DNA of 64,000 nucleotides, from IMG/VR virus record IMGVR_UViG_3300033072_000750; one strand, 5' to 3'. A program made the translations under genes and the position numbers. The notes beneath the pieces are model-generated. The model saw only the letters and a list, made by a program, of their open reading frames with translations. It made no database searches and was not told where the DNA came from. Origin of the DNA: a virus. The stretch's first letter is position 1; each line of letters starts with the position of its first letter. Below are positions 1 through 9,971 of the stretch, piece by piece.

Positions 1-133
1 AGTCATTAATTAGGTCGTGTATCATATATCCATTCGTCTCTAAATCTTCCATTGCTTGGCAGATCGCATCATCTTCATTCTCGGCGTCCACTGCTATTAT
101 GATCGTGCCACTGCATTTTACTTTAAATTCCAT
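1..133 (-). CDS. hypothetical protein, runs off the window edge (MEFKVKCSGTIIIAVDAENEDDAI...)
   Basis: ATG at 133 right after the thyX stop; frame open to position 1; not in the ORF track. Confidence 0.6.
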   Translation of the reverse strand, partial: MEFKVKCSGTIIIAVDAENEDDAICQAMEDLETNGYMIHDLIND

Positions 134-134
134 T

Positions 135-806
135 TTATTTTTCTCCTACTTTTTCTTTTATTATTCCACAAATTGTTGGGAAAGCAGTAGATTTTTCTAA
201 TAAATCTAACATTCCTTTAGCAAAAAGCCTTGTTTCTTTTTGGGCTTTAGGGTTATTACGTAATTCTTGAAAGTGAAGGAACGATCTAAGGTTACACGTC
301 CAATAAAAATGAGTGTAAGTAGATAAGGGTAAAACGCCCCTAGCTTGTTCCTTAGAAAGACCATCATTAAGAAGCATCCTATAGACAACATCTGATAATC
401 CTATTGCTTCCCTGTATTTGGCTTCTTGAAATTCTGTTAAACCTTCTGGAATATAGATTTCGTTATTAAATTTAGTATATCTTCCAGATTTTTCTGTCCA
501 CGAAGTTCCTACCCTGTGCCTAACAATCTGTCTAGCAACCGTTATTGGGCATTTTATTTCAAAAGTTATATGGTTAGCTTGTTCTAGCGTAGAGGTGTGT
601 CCGCTACTTATTATGTGCCTTAATAGTTCTGAGTCTTTTTCTCTACTATATTCGTTGTAATCTTTGTCGTAACAAACCCTAATAGTTTTACAGATAGTCT
701 CTTCGTCTCCGCCAAAGTGAAATAACTTTAGCTTAGACATTCCATCTTTTAGTGGATCAATTGTGTTTTGCATTGTTTGCCCCCAAGCATCGTGAAATCG
801 AATCAA
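135..806 (-). CDS. thyX: FAD-dependent thymidylate synthase
   Basis: GHTSTLE, QIVRHR-x7-SGRY, EQARGVLP, NLRSFLHFQELR and AQKETR motifs; true start may be an internal Met. Confidence 0.95.
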   Translation of the reverse strand: MIRFHDAWGQTMQNTIDPLKDGMSKLKLFHFGGDEETICKTIRVCYDKDYNEYSREKDSELLRHIISSGHTSTLEQANHITFEIKCPITVARQIVRHRVGTSWTEKSGRYTKFNNEIYIPEGLTEFQEAKYREAIGLSDVVYRMLLNDGLSKEQARGVLPLSTYTHFYWTCNLRSFLHFQELRNNPKAQKETRLFAKGMLDLLEKSTAFPTICGIIKEKVGEK

Positions 807-978
807 CTTGATACATGTATCCGTTCAATATTAAAAAACAAACAGACAAAGCTAGCGTTAACCACTTACAAATATTATCTTTATCATTTTTTAAAAGTAT
901 TGCCATAGAAACAGTAACGCCTAATAGTAAAATGACTATAGGAATAAAAGGAACAGCGGTTTTTAAGAAACAATTCAT
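757..978 (-). CDS. small membrane protein
   Basis: two hydrophobic segments; extended -10 at 1004-1014 upstream. Confidence 0.55.
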   Translation of the reverse strand: MNCFLKTAVPFIPIVILLLGVTVSMAILLKNDKDNICKWLTLALSVCFLILNGYMYQVDSISRCLGANNAKHN

Positions 979-1022
979 TGTAATTAGAATGTTTTACAAA
1001 GATATTATGCCACGAAAGTTTG

Positions 1023-2411
1023 TTATTTAATATTAATAGTTTGATATTGTTTAAAATCTAAACCACCAGTACGAAACTTCATTGCATCAAATATATTTTT
1101 ACAATCATTGGATACCCCTTCTAAGTGATAAAGCCCTTTAACTGATAGGTTTTTCATCTTAAGATACAAAGCCTTATCAAGTCTTTCATGGATAGGAGCC
1201 ATATCGATTAATTCATATTTGGAATCTATCCATAATGAATTTAAATTTTCGTGATTTTTATAACTGTCAATAACAGTCCCCATTGATGCCATTCTCTCTA
1301 TCCCATATTTACGAATAAATTCGGCTTTTATATCTGCGGATTTTTCTTTTTTGAAAAACTCTAAATCAAGATTCCCCGCTGGGGTTTCTGCTAAATATCG
1401 TGGAACTCTAATCCCATTTAAACTCCACACTTTAAACCCATCAGCATATTTAACCGATGCTCCGCCATCACAATGTAGCCTGCCATTCACCATCCTAATT
1501 TGGGTTGGCTTTTGAGAAATTATGCAAAAATTATCCAAAGGATAAAAATTTCCAACTTGAAGCGTTGAATGATACCAGTCGAATTTTTCTTGGCAATCGA
1601 ACTTGATTTTTAAAACGTCCTGCATATATTTATAAAAAGAAAAGAAAGAACTCCATAGATGTCCGTCTACGCAGGGGTGAACATATTCCCCAACCTGATC
1701 CCTAACCTGATCCCTAACCTGATCCCTAACCTGATCCCTAACCTGATCCCAAACCTGATCCCAAACCTGATCCCAAACCTGATCCCTAACCTGAGCACCA
1801 ACCTGAGCACCAACCTGAGCACCAACCTGATCCCAAACCTGATCCCAAACCTGATCCCCAACCTGAGCACCAACCTGATCCCTAACCTGATCCCCAACCT
1901 GATCCCTAACCTGATCCCCAACCTGAGCACCAACCTGATCCCAAACCTGATCCCCAACCTGATCCCTAACCTGATCCCAAACCTGATCCCAAACCTGATC
2001 CCAAACCTGATCCCTAACCTGAGCACCAACCTGAGCACCAACCTGAGCACCAACCTGATCCCAAACCTGATCCCCAACCTGAGCACCAACCTGATCCCTA
2101 ACCTGATCCCAAACCTGATCCCTAACCTGATCCCCAACCTGAGCACCAACCTGATCCCAAACCTGATCCCCAACCTGAGCACCTGCAACCATACAAACGG
2201 CAAGCCAAGCAGATAGTGGAGAATCCATTAAAATTACTGGGACTTTTTTCTCCTTAAGAAAATGCACATAATAATAATCACTTATTTCTTGGGCAGTTTT
2301 GAAACTTACTCTATTAGTATTTAAACCGATTTCGATGTATTTTTTTGCATAAACATCTAATAGCAATTCCTGCTCAGGTGTTAATTTTTCAATTTTTTTA
2401 TTAATCTGCAA
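1023..2411 (-). CDS. DUF6745-like protein with internal QVxD/QVGA tetrapeptide repeats
   Basis: N-terminal IEKLTPEQ and DSPLSA; C-terminal GRLHCDGGASVKYADGFKVWSLNGIRVP typical of this family. Confidence 0.8.
   Translation of the reverse strand: MQINKKIEKLTPEQELLLDVYAKKYIEIGLNTNRVSFKTAQEISDYYYVHFLKEKKVPVILMDSPLSAWLAVCMVAGAQVGDQVWDQVGAQVGDQVRDQVWDQVRDQVGAQVGDQVWDQVGAQVGAQVGAQVRDQVWDQVWDQVWDQVRDQVGDQVWDQVGAQVGDQVRDQVGDQVRDQVGAQVGDQVWDQVWDQVGAQVGAQVGAQVRDQVWDQVWDQVWDQVRDQVRDQVRDQVRDQVGEYVHPCVDGHLWSSFFSFYKYMQDVLKIKFDCQEKFDWYHSTLQVGNFYPLDNFCIISQKPTQIRMVNGRLHCDGGASVKYADGFKVWSLNGIRVPRYLAETPAGNLDLEFFKKEKSADIKAEFIRKYGIERMASMGTVIDSYKNHENLNSLWIDSKYELIDMAPIHERLDKALYLKMKNLSVKGLYHLEGVSNDCKNIFDAMKFRTGGLDFKQYQTINIK
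1687..2189 (-). repeat. in-frame 12-bp tandem repeat, ~41 units (CAGGTT + GGGGAT/TGGGAT/AGGGAT/GGTGCT)
   Basis: read directly from the sequence. Confidence 0.98.
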
Positions 2412-2745
2412 CCTTTCTTTCTAATTGAGCTAAGTGATCAAATTCTATGGCAGGGGTAATTTTCCAAGTCGAAGAGGGCAACTCTATTGTGTCGTGCCTT
2501 AAAGCATCAACGCAATAAACCTCAGTAGGTTTTAAGTTTCTCAAATAAACCGTTCCGTCTTTATCTTCATAGATTTCTACAGAATCATTTAATCGAACTA
2601 AATGATGATTCCCAGTGGTTTCAGAATCTGCAATCTTAAAGCTGTCGCTATCAATCTTGATTCTTTTAACAGTTTTTGGCAAATTGTCGATTTCATATAA
2701 ATTGACTTCGCCATGCGAAATATGGTTTTTCATATTGTTTAACAT
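2401..2745 (-). CDS. small conserved partner of DUF6745-type proteins
   Basis: HGEV...SETTGNHH...H..I.LP...W pattern; overlaps the start of the DUF6745 gene. Confidence 0.7.
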   Translation of the reverse strand: MLNNMKNHISHGEVNLYEIDNLPKTVKRIKIDSDSFKIADSETTGNHHLVRLNDSVEIYEDKDGTVYLRNLKPTEVYCVDALRHDTIELPSSTWKITPAIEFDHLAQLERKVAD

Positions 2746-2807
2746 TTTAATTTAATCCTTTTGTTTTAACTTTATTTGGAAACTAATTAGATTTTACCAC
2801 AAAACCA

Positions 2808-3314
2808 CTATTCATTAACCAAAAGTCCTAAATTTCTATTAGTTAAGGTTAAAAGCGTATATTCGTTGATACATTTTTGTGTCTCTAGATCCAAAACTTG
2901 CTTAATTTGCTTTTTTGACTCAAATATTGCTAAATGCTTATCGTGTTGAGCTGACAGAATCTGCTTGTTGTAGTAAATTTCATCGTTTTTGTGTAGTTCT
3001 TGTAGTAAATCTATAGCACTTCTATGCTCTTCTATTGCTATCGTGATGTAGCCATAAGGAGATTTCATAAATAAGTAATGTAGTTGTGCCCATTTAACTA
3101 CTGGATAATGTACACAATGCTCTACTCTTTTAGTTTTTTGTAATGTTTGAGTGTATGCTGAACCATCTAGTATCCACGAAGCCCCCAAAGCAGCCAGTTC
3201 TTCTGCCGATGGTACTGTAAACATTATTACTTTTGATTCTGTAATTCTTGGATGTAATTTTGTCTTGTAAACATAAAACTCTACTTCAAAATTCTCTTTC
3301 TTCTTGCGTGCCAT
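2808..3314 (-). CDS. hypothetical protein
   Basis: 168-aa ORF with TGGTATAAT upstream (3363-3371, minus strand). Confidence 0.6.
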   Translation of the reverse strand: MARKKKENFEVEFYVYKTKLHPRITESKVIMFTVPSAEELAALGASWILDGSAYTQTLQKTKRVEHCVHYPVVKWAQLHYLFMKSPYGYITIAIEEHRSAIDLLQELHKNDEIYYNKQILSAQHDKHLAIFESKKQIKQVLDLETQKCINEYTLLTLTNRNLGLLVNE

Positions 3315-3396
3315 GCGTATTTATCTATCCATGCGTATATTCAACGATTTAATTCTAAACAAATTATACCAGCATTCTAGAATATTTGAGTTTAAC

Positions 3397-3424
3397 CTTT
3401 TCTTAATACTCAGATAGAATTAAG
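3397..3424 (+). promoter_or_regulatory. candidate late promoter CTTTTCTTAA-N8-TARAATTRA (copy 1)
   Basis: same bipartite motif and spacing at 24896 and 32972; 21 nt before the putative terS start. Confidence 0.6.
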
Positions 3425-3445
3425 ATAAGCAGATTAGAGTATTAA

Positions 3446-4111
3446 ATGGCAGACACAATAGAAATCGTAACAGATAAAAAACAAATTTCCTCTTTAGTAG
3501 CAAAAAGCTTGTATGATGATTCGTTAGAAGAAGCACTTCCAATATACAAACAACAACTTCCTTCTCATAGGAAGCATTGGACAGCAAGAGACTTAGATGT
3601 TTACATTAGAAAAACAGTTTCAACTACTATCGTGGACAATGAATTTAGGGTAAAGAAAGAAGTAGTTAATGGCAGAGAAGTTCGCAAGAAAACTAAGCGT
3701 GAAGTAGTAATGGATTTAGCTACAAGCCTGAATCTTCCACCAATGGCAATACAGCATGTGTATAACGACCTAGAACAACACATGAAGTTCGATTCATCTA
3801 AGAAAAACGCTAAAGACTTCATATCTGTACAAATTTATAACCAAATAGATGAGCTAGACCTCTTAATAGCTAGTGCTGAATCATCCAAAGAAAAGGCAGA
3901 CTACATAAGAGTCAAGAAAGATTACTTAGATTCATTAGCTAAAGTAGAAAACATCCAAGAAAAGGCTCAAACTAACATGTTATCAGTAGGTGGAGACATA
4001 AACACAAGCACAACTATTGATAAACAGCTTAATATTTCTAAACAAACCGAAGACAAAGCCATGATAGATCTAATAAACAGACTATTGCCATCAGGAAAAC
4101 CACAGGATTAA
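3446..4111 (+). CDS. putative terminase small subunit
   Basis: helical protein with HTH-like segment two genes upstream of terL; positional inference. Confidence 0.5.
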   Translation: MADTIEIVTDKKQISSLVAKSLYDDSLEEALPIYKQQLPSHRKHWTARDLDVYIRKTVSTTIVDNEFRVKKEVVNGREVRKKTKREVVMDLATSLNLPPMAIQHVYNDLEQHMKFDSSKKNAKDFISVQIYNQIDELDLLIASAESSKEKADYIRVKKDYLDSLAKVENIQEKAQTNMLSVGGDINTSTTIDKQLNISKQTEDKAMIDLINRLLPSGKPQD

Positions 4112-4113
4112 TT

Positions 4114-4305
4114 ATGAAGAAAAATAGCGGTTGGTTTACACTTGTTTTCTTTGTATTGCTTGGTATATTGTCTATTTACATCAATATAGCACAATCTAAC
4201 GATTTATTATTCTTTGCGTTGGGGGTGAATCTGTTCTTTCTGTTGGATACTAGAGATAAAATAGAGACTATATGGGAGAAACTGAAAAACAATGAACTTA
4301 ACTGA
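4114..4305 (+). CDS. small two-TM membrane protein
   Basis: two hydrophobic helices; tightly coupled between terS and terL. Confidence 0.6.
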   Translation: MKKNSGWFTLVFFVLLGILSIYINIAQSNDLLFFALGVNLFFLLDTRDKIETIWEKLKNNELN

Positions 4306-7120
4306 ACTAGTAACAGGAATATCTCAAGACACTATTGCTAAAGAGGCAGTAATAAGAGAGGCTAAAAAGTCTTTTCCTCTTTTAATGTACGATAGAGTGC
4401 CAGCAGAATTTGACGAAGAGGGTAATTTAAAAAACAAGGAATTAGTTTCAGCTTTAAACGCTTTTCAGAAACAAGTAATCTACGGGCTCGATCCCGAACA
4501 TAAACCTTTAGTACTTGGTTATTTGCCAAATGGAGTAGGTAAAGCAAGCAGATTATCTACGCTGGTTGCAACTCCAGATGGATTTACGGAGATGAGAAAC
4601 ATAAAGAAGGGTAGTGTCGTCCTTACTCCAGACGGAAAACGAGCAAAAGTGCTCCAAGTATTCCCTCAAGGAAAAGTAGATATTTACAGGGTATCTTTTT
4701 CTGATGGAACACATACTGACTGTACGAAAGAGCATCTTTGGCAAACTAAATATTACGATAATAATTTAAATAAACACGAAGGGATCTTTACTACCGAAGA
4801 AATATCTAAATCGTTGACTATTAATCGTGGAAAGTCATACAGGTACCAAATACCAATCTTAAGCAAGATGGATTTTGAACACAGGGAAGTAACCCTTGAT
4901 CCATACCTACTGGGACTATTTATTGGAAATGGTTATTTGGGTTGCGATGGATTAATGGGGGTAGATTTAACAACGCAAGAGTTAGAAATAAAAGAATATG
5001 TAGAACAGCAGGTAAATGTTACAAGGACAGAAGTAAGAAAAAACAACGTTTACCAAATGAATGTTTATGATGGAGATTTTGATGCAAAATTAATTAAATT
5101 AGGGCTAAAAGGTCATCGTAGCTATCATAAATTTATTCCAAGAGAATATTTGTTCAATTCGGAAAAAATAAGGTTGGAAATGTTGAGAGGATTGATGGAT
5201 CCTGGTAGAAGTATAAGTTTATCAGAACAATCCTTGACAAAAGCTGGAAAAGTTAGAGCTGGAAATTCAAAACGTCTTGAATATTCTACTTCTTCAGAGC
5301 AATTAGCTAACGATGTAGCATTTTTGGCTAGGAGTTTGGGTGGAATAGCCATAATGTCATCTAGAGTTCCTAGGTTTACGTACAAGGGAGAGAAGAAAGA
5401 AGGGAGAATATCTTATAGAATCAGGATAATGCTTCCAGACCACATTAACCCATTTAAATTAAAACGCAAAGCTGATATTTATAGTAAGTATTCAACAAAG
5501 TTTAGACCTAGAATGATCGTTGGAGTAGAAAAAGTAGATAAAGACGAAGCCCAGTGTATACTAATTGACCATCCAGACCACCTATATATTGTTGATGACT
5601 GTATAGTAACACACAATACTTATTGCATAGGGCTTTCATTAGCACTTGCACTAACTGATCAACACCCATCTTTGGATTTAAAGGGGATCACTGGTGATAT
5701 TTGGCTTCTGTCTAACTCAAATCTTATGAAAACAGTCTACCCTGATATGTTTTTCAAGGATCCAGCTTTCCTTGGGAGAAAAGAAGTTTATGATAAACAG
5801 GGATATTGTGAGATACCAGCAGAAAACGGTAAATGCTTCCACAAGCTAAAGCTAATTAGGGACGGAACAGACATAGTTGGTATTGAGAATACCACCAATG
5901 GTAAGAATATTAGATTTTTTACTTATGCAATGAATATGCAAAAATTTGCAGGTGCCCAACCCTTGAGCATATTTTGCGATGAAATGGGTGATGCCACTTT
6001 TTCCTCTAAGGCTGTTGGTGCTAATAAGTTTACTCGTGAAAAATTCTTTGAAATGGCTGTTAGATGCGGAAGAAACTACAAAGTTGATAAAAAATGGGTG
6101 TTTTGCTTATTCTTCACATTAACGCTAGGCGAACCTTGGATAGAAGATTTAATTGATACCGCCCGTGAAGGTAAAGCCATAATTCCTGGTATAAACAACG
6201 ATGAAGCCTGTGTCATGTTAATAGACAACATGAGGACAAAGGATAATCCATTCATTTCACGTTCAACGATTGATTTTGCTTTTGGATTAGGTAATCTTCT
6301 GGGAATGGGGCAGGAAATATCCAGAAGATTAATTAGTACTGATAGCGATGATCCTCATTTAGTTTTCCCCCGAACGTCAAGACCCGTCAATTTAACACAC
6401 GAAGAAGTAGATGATTTGCTTAAAAGGTTTGCAACTGAACCTGGTTGGCAATTTGTTGAAGTAATTGACCCTGGTTGGAGTGATAAGTGTTCAGTAATAT
6501 TTGCGTTAGTACATCCAATCAAAGGAATCCACATAGTTCACGAGTTTTATGAATCTGGAAGAACCGTACCACAAGTAGCAGCAGCAGTACACTTAATAGA
6601 ACAAACATATTTCAAGAGAATACCACACTTAAGATTATATGACCCTCACCACATAACAAAAACTACACAAGAATCACCAGTAGCTAACTATAAGCTGTGG
6701 AGAGATTCAGGAATGCCAGGACAATCAGCTATTTGGTCAAAAGATCGTAGTTACGATAGAATGTTTGAGCTTATTTTTGATAAATTTACTAAGTTTTATC
6801 CTTCTAATTGCAAAGGACTAGACAGGGAACTAAGAACACACAGGAAAGATGCGTACGGTGTCCCTGACGAGAAGGGAGCTCACAGCGTTGACAATTTACG
6901 TCATCTCTCAAACTGGTTCTACGAGCGGTTCTACAAAAAAGTATTCAAAATTGGAGGAGAAAAGCAAATAATTTCTCAAGAAAAAGCTGCTTGGTTAGAA
7001 AAATTAGAGTATTATGAAAAATATGTGCAACAAAAAGAATTAAACAAATCTAATGTTAATATTTCAGGGTATAACATAAAAGGAATAAATACTAATAGTA
7101 TTAAAGGCATAAAATTCTAA
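4292..7120 (+). CDS. terL: terminase large subunit containing an intein
   Basis: Walker A PNGVGK|T split by the intein, Walker B IFCDE, RNase H-like nuclease motifs VIDPGWSD and HSVDNLRH. Confidence 0.9.
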   Translation: MNLTELVTGISQDTIAKEAVIREAKKSFPLLMYDRVPAEFDEEGNLKNKELVSALNAFQKQVIYGLDPEHKPLVLGYLPNGVGKASRLSTLVATPDGFTEMRNIKKGSVVLTPDGKRAKVLQVFPQGKVDIYRVSFSDGTHTDCTKEHLWQTKYYDNNLNKHEGIFTTEEISKSLTINRGKSYRYQIPILSKMDFEHREVTLDPYLLGLFIGNGYLGCDGLMGVDLTTQELEIKEYVEQQVNVTRTEVRKNNVYQMNVYDGDFDAKLIKLGLKGHRSYHKFIPREYLFNSEKIRLEMLRGLMDPGRSISLSEQSLTKAGKVRAGNSKRLEYSTSSEQLANDVAFLARSLGGIAIMSSRVPRFTYKGEKKEGRISYRIRIMLPDHINPFKLKRKADIYSKYSTKFRPRMIVGVEKVDKDEAQCILIDHPDHLYIVDDCIVTHNTYCIGLSLALALTDQHPSLDLKGITGDIWLLSNSNLMKTVYPDMFFKDPAFLGRKEVYDKQGYCEIPAENGKCFHKLKLIRDGTDIVGIENTTNGKNIRFFTYAMNMQKFAGAQPLSIFCDEMGDATFSSKAVGANKFTREKFFEMAVRCGRNYKVDKKWVFCLFFTLTLGEPWIEDLIDTAREGKAIIPGINNDEACVMLIDNMRTKDNPFISRSTIDFAFGLGNLLGMGQEISRRLISTDSDDPHLVFPRTSRPVNLTHEEVDDLLKRFATEPGWQFVEVIDPGWSDKCSVIFALVHPIKGIHIVHEFYESGRTVPQVAAAVHLIEQTYFKRIPHLRLYDPHHITKTTQESPVANYKLWRDSGMPGQSAIWSKDRSYDRMFELIFDKFTKFYPSNCKGLDRELRTHRKDAYGVPDEKGAHSVDNLRHLSNWFYERFYKKVFKIGGEKQIISQEKAAWLEKLEYYEKYVQQKELNKSNVNISGYNIKGINTNSIKGIKF
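4544..5617 (+). mobile_element. intein (358 aa, Ala start, ends THN before Thr+1) with LAGLIDADG-type endonuclease domain
   Basis: ASRLSTLVATPDG block A, CTKEHLW block B, LLGLFIGNG and MLRGLMDPG endonuclease blocks, AQCILID block F, IVTHN block G. Confidence 0.92.
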
Positions 7121-7135
7121 CGAGAGGTACTTTAA

Positions 7136-8098
7136 ATGACAACTGTGCTAATTTCTGGAGGTCTTGGGTATATTGGTTCACATTTAGTTAAAAACTTGTC
7201 TCAAAATCGATTTAAAACGATAGTAGTAGATAATTTGTCTACAGGAAGAGAAAATAACTGTGATAACTACGCTGCAAGTGTTTATTCAACTAATTTGCTT
7301 AATAAAGAAGCTCTAAGGCAAGTATTTTTAGCAACTAGACCAGAGATTGTTATTCACTGTGCTTCGTTTAGTCAAGTAGGGGAGTCTAATCTTAACCCTT
7401 CTGTGTATTATCAGAACAATTTAGTGGGTTTAATGAATTTATTAGATGTTATGTTAGAGTATAAAGTTAATAAGCTAATATTTTCATCATCTGCTGCTGT
7501 TTATGGTGCTCCTATTCTTGAATATATACCAGAAGATTGTCCCCACAACCCAATTAGTGTTTATGGGAGAACAAAATCAATGATGGAGCAAATTATTAAA
7601 GATTATGGGATAAATTCAGTTATTTTGAGGTACTTTAATGCTATTGGTAACGATAGAGATATTGAGATGGGTGAAACCCACTTTCCTGAGACACATTTAG
7701 TTCCATTAGCAATCAAAGCGTGCTTGTTTCCAGAAGAAAACCAATTAGAACTATTTACTAGCGATACTTTTAACCCAATTAGAGACTATATTGATGTTTT
7801 AGACTTAGTAGAAATACATAAACATTCAATTGAAATACTAGAGAGTACAAAAGGCACACAAATCTTTAATTGTGGCTACAAAAAAGGCTACTCAGTAACA
7901 GAAATAGTTAAAGTGGTAGAAAAATTAACAGGAAAACCTTGTAACTGCATAACAACTCAACCCAGAACAGGAGATCCATTTAGGTTAGTAGCAGATAATG
8001 CCAAATTGGTCAGTACGGGATGGTTTCCTAAGTATGATTCGTTGGAAGATTCAATTAAATCAGTAATTAAATTTCAAGAAAAGAATTATTCTTTCTGA
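7136..8098 (+). CDS. galE: UDP-glucose 4-epimerase
   Basis: GGLGYIGSH, FSSSAAVYG, YGRTK, LRYFNAIG, ETHLVP, RDYIDVLDL motifs. Confidence 0.93.
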   Translation: MTTVLISGGLGYIGSHLVKNLSQNRFKTIVVDNLSTGRENNCDNYAASVYSTNLLNKEALRQVFLATRPEIVIHCASFSQVGESNLNPSVYYQNNLVGLMNLLDVMLEYKVNKLIFSSSAAVYGAPILEYIPEDCPHNPISVYGRTKSMMEQIIKDYGINSVILRYFNAIGNDRDIEMGETHFPETHLVPLAIKACLFPEENQLELFTSDTFNPIRDYIDVLDLVEIHKHSIEILESTKGTQIFNCGYKKGYSVTEIVKVVEKLTGKPCNCITTQPRTGDPFRLVADNAKLVSTGWFPKYDSLEDSIKSVIKFQEKNYSF

Positions 8099-8271
8099 CC
8101 TTTTTCTTTTTTGACTCTTTCTATGGTATTTTCGGCTAATTTTTGGAGTGCATAGTCAAGAAACCTACTTGCCGCTCCTTTTGTTTTCTCTGTATCGCTA
8201 ATAGTTGTTCTTTTGTCTTTGTCAGAACATGATATTCTTGTAATTCTTTGTGATAACTTTTCTATTCTCAT
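8086..8271 (-). CDS. small basic protein, possible ribbon-helix-helix regulator
   Basis: 61 aa, strand-helix-helix pattern; lies at a divergent promoter pair (8297-8329). Confidence 0.35.
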   Translation of the reverse strand: MRIEKLSQRITRISCSDKDKRTTISDTEKTKGAASRFLDYALQKLAENTIERVKKEKGQKE

Positions 8272-8364
8272 TTTTCGTTTGTTTTTGTTCGTTTTAATTA
8301 TACCTCGATAGTTGGCTGCATGGTATAATCATAGTTGAATGGTTAGAAATGGTGATTTTCTGAG

Positions 8365-8994
8365 TTGTCAATTGGAACAATTTCTCGTTTATCGTTTTAC
8401 TCTTCAGTCATCGATGATTTGGACGAAGTAGAAACACAACTACAACCAATTGAAATAAAAAAAGAAGAAGAACCAGAATTACCACTCGCAGCTTTAGTTT
8501 CTCTACAAAATATTATTAACGAAGACAAACAAGATCCAGTCGCTCCTATTAGCATATTTGAAGCACAAAAAGATGATCCTGTTGTTGAATTAACTACCGT
8601 ACAAGACATTTTAGACGATTTTTCTCCAACAGCTACAGTGTCAAACCCTATACAGGTTGATTTATCCGTAGATCTTCAAGACAAAGATGCAGGAGAAACA
8701 GCACCAGAACCACTAAAGTACGAAGAAACAGCAACTTTAGACTATTTAAGCGTAACACATGAAGCTAATTTAAACGAAAATGGTCATGATACTGAGGTTG
8801 CTGATTACAAGCATAATGCCAAAGAAAGATTTTTACTTAAAAGAGGCTGGGAACATGTACACGGTTCACCTCAATGGAAATTGCTAGATAAAAAGTTCAA
8901 AGTATTGCGTAGATTAGCTCCTAATATGGAAGATGCTTATAAACATCAACTTATTTTAGAAACTTCTGTTAAAAAATCTACCAAAAGGGCATAA
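8365..8994 (+). CDS. acidic hypothetical protein
   Basis: 209-aa ORF, TGGTATAAT at 8321-8329. Confidence 0.65.
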   Translation: MSIGTISRLSFYSSVIDDLDEVETQLQPIEIKKEEEPELPLAALVSLQNIINEDKQDPVAPISIFEAQKDDPVVELTTVQDILDDFSPTATVSNPIQVDLSVDLQDKDAGETAPEPLKYEETATLDYLSVTHEANLNENGHDTEVADYKHNAKERFLLKRGWEHVHGSPQWKLLDKKFKVLRRLAPNMEDAYKHQLILETSVKKSTKRA

Positions 8995-9015
8995 TCTTAA
9001 CAGAAGGTATTTGCT

Positions 9016-9276
9016 ATGAGTAAAAATTTATCAGTTTGTGCTATTACTATGGGTCTTATTATTTCTGTGATGTGCTTTTTTAGCTTTATGAAGAGCATAA
9101 TGTACATTCAAGAATACGAAAATACTAATATTCCAAAATTAAGTAAGGGTACAATGGAAGAAACTACTGGAAATATTAATAGCTTTACAAATCCTTACGA
9201 ACTTAGCGAAAAGGTCGATGAGGGAGATACCCCAATGTTTAAGCTTGATGCTGTTTATGAAAATCAACCCAATTAG
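9016..9276 (+). CDS. small protein with N-terminal TM helix
   Basis: hydrophobic N-terminus. Confidence 0.55.
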   Translation: MSKNLSVCAITMGLIISVMCFFSFMKSIMYIQEYENTNIPKLSKGTMEETTGNINSFTNPYELSEKVDEGDTPMFKLDAVYENQPN

Positions 9277-9520
9277 ATACACATATTCATCAAAAGCTCA
9301 TAGGTGTACCTATTCCTCTAAAGCTCAACAAATTAATAACCTTTGTGATGAAATAAAGGCTTTAGCACCAATTAAGCCAGACGAGAAGCCAACTTTCATA
9401 AATACTTATTTGTCTAAAGAGCGTATTACCGAATATACAATCGCTAGTATTTTAGATACGATTTTATTTACTTTTGCTACTATAGTACTCAAGAAATTTG
9501 GACTTAAAATCTTTGACTAA
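9218..9520 (+). CDS. hypothetical protein (start uncertain)
   Basis: ORF fills the gap to the converging gene. Confidence 0.45.
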   Translation: MREIPQCLSLMLFMKINPIRYTYSSKAHRCTYSSKAQQINNLCDEIKALAPIKPDEKPTFINTYLSKERITEYTIASILDTILFTFATIVLKKFGLKIFD

Positions 9521-9714
9521 ATACCGAACAAGTCTTTCAGACTCTCAAACATTTCCGCATCTCTTTCTTTGCTTGATTGAGGTTCTTTTTTAGCATAAAA
9601 ACAATCTTTGCATTTAGCTTGCCTTTCCATCTTACCATTTTCTAGCCATAAAGGAAAATCGTAAGGAGACTTAGTCTTACCACAAGCTATGCATTTTTTA
9701 TCAAAATTATTCAT
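9517..9714 (-). CDS. small CxxC-CxxC zinc-finger protein
   Basis: CIAC...CKDC. Confidence 0.65.
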   Translation of the reverse strand: MNNFDKKCIACGKTKSPYDFPLWLENGKMERQAKCKDCFYAKKEPQSSKERDAEMFESLKDLFGI

Positions 9715-9971
9715 GTTCTTGAGTTCCTTTTAAGCATCCAACCTTTTTCGTATGACTCTTTAACATTTCTATGTATAGAGTCATGATGTTTAGCACAAAT
9801 AGTCATAAAAAACTTAGTATTGTTTAATAAATCGCCGAGTCTACCTTTTTTATGGTGTACTGTTACACAATACATTGTACCACAAATTTCGCAACTGGGA
9901 TGTTCTTCTAACCATTGAGGTTTAGTTACTGTTTCGTACAGCTCTGCTTGTTGTTGCCTTTTGGGTTTCAC
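9711..9971 (-). CDS. small HNH-family nuclease
   Basis: CEIC...VHHKKGR...ICAKHHDSIH. Confidence 0.75.
   Translation of the reverse strand: MKPKRQQQAELYETVTKPQWLEEHPSCEICGTMYCVTVHHKKGRLGDLLNNTKFFMTICAKHHDSIHRNVKESYEKGWMLKRNSRT

Noticed and set aside
1687..2189. Repeat array as CRISPR or DGR
   Set aside because: No unique spacers, in-frame coding, and no cas or reverse transcriptase gene seen in the window
1659..2216. Overlapping ORFs 1659-2216 (+) and 1667-2203 (-)
   Set aside because: Shadow frames of the stop-free 12-bp repeat
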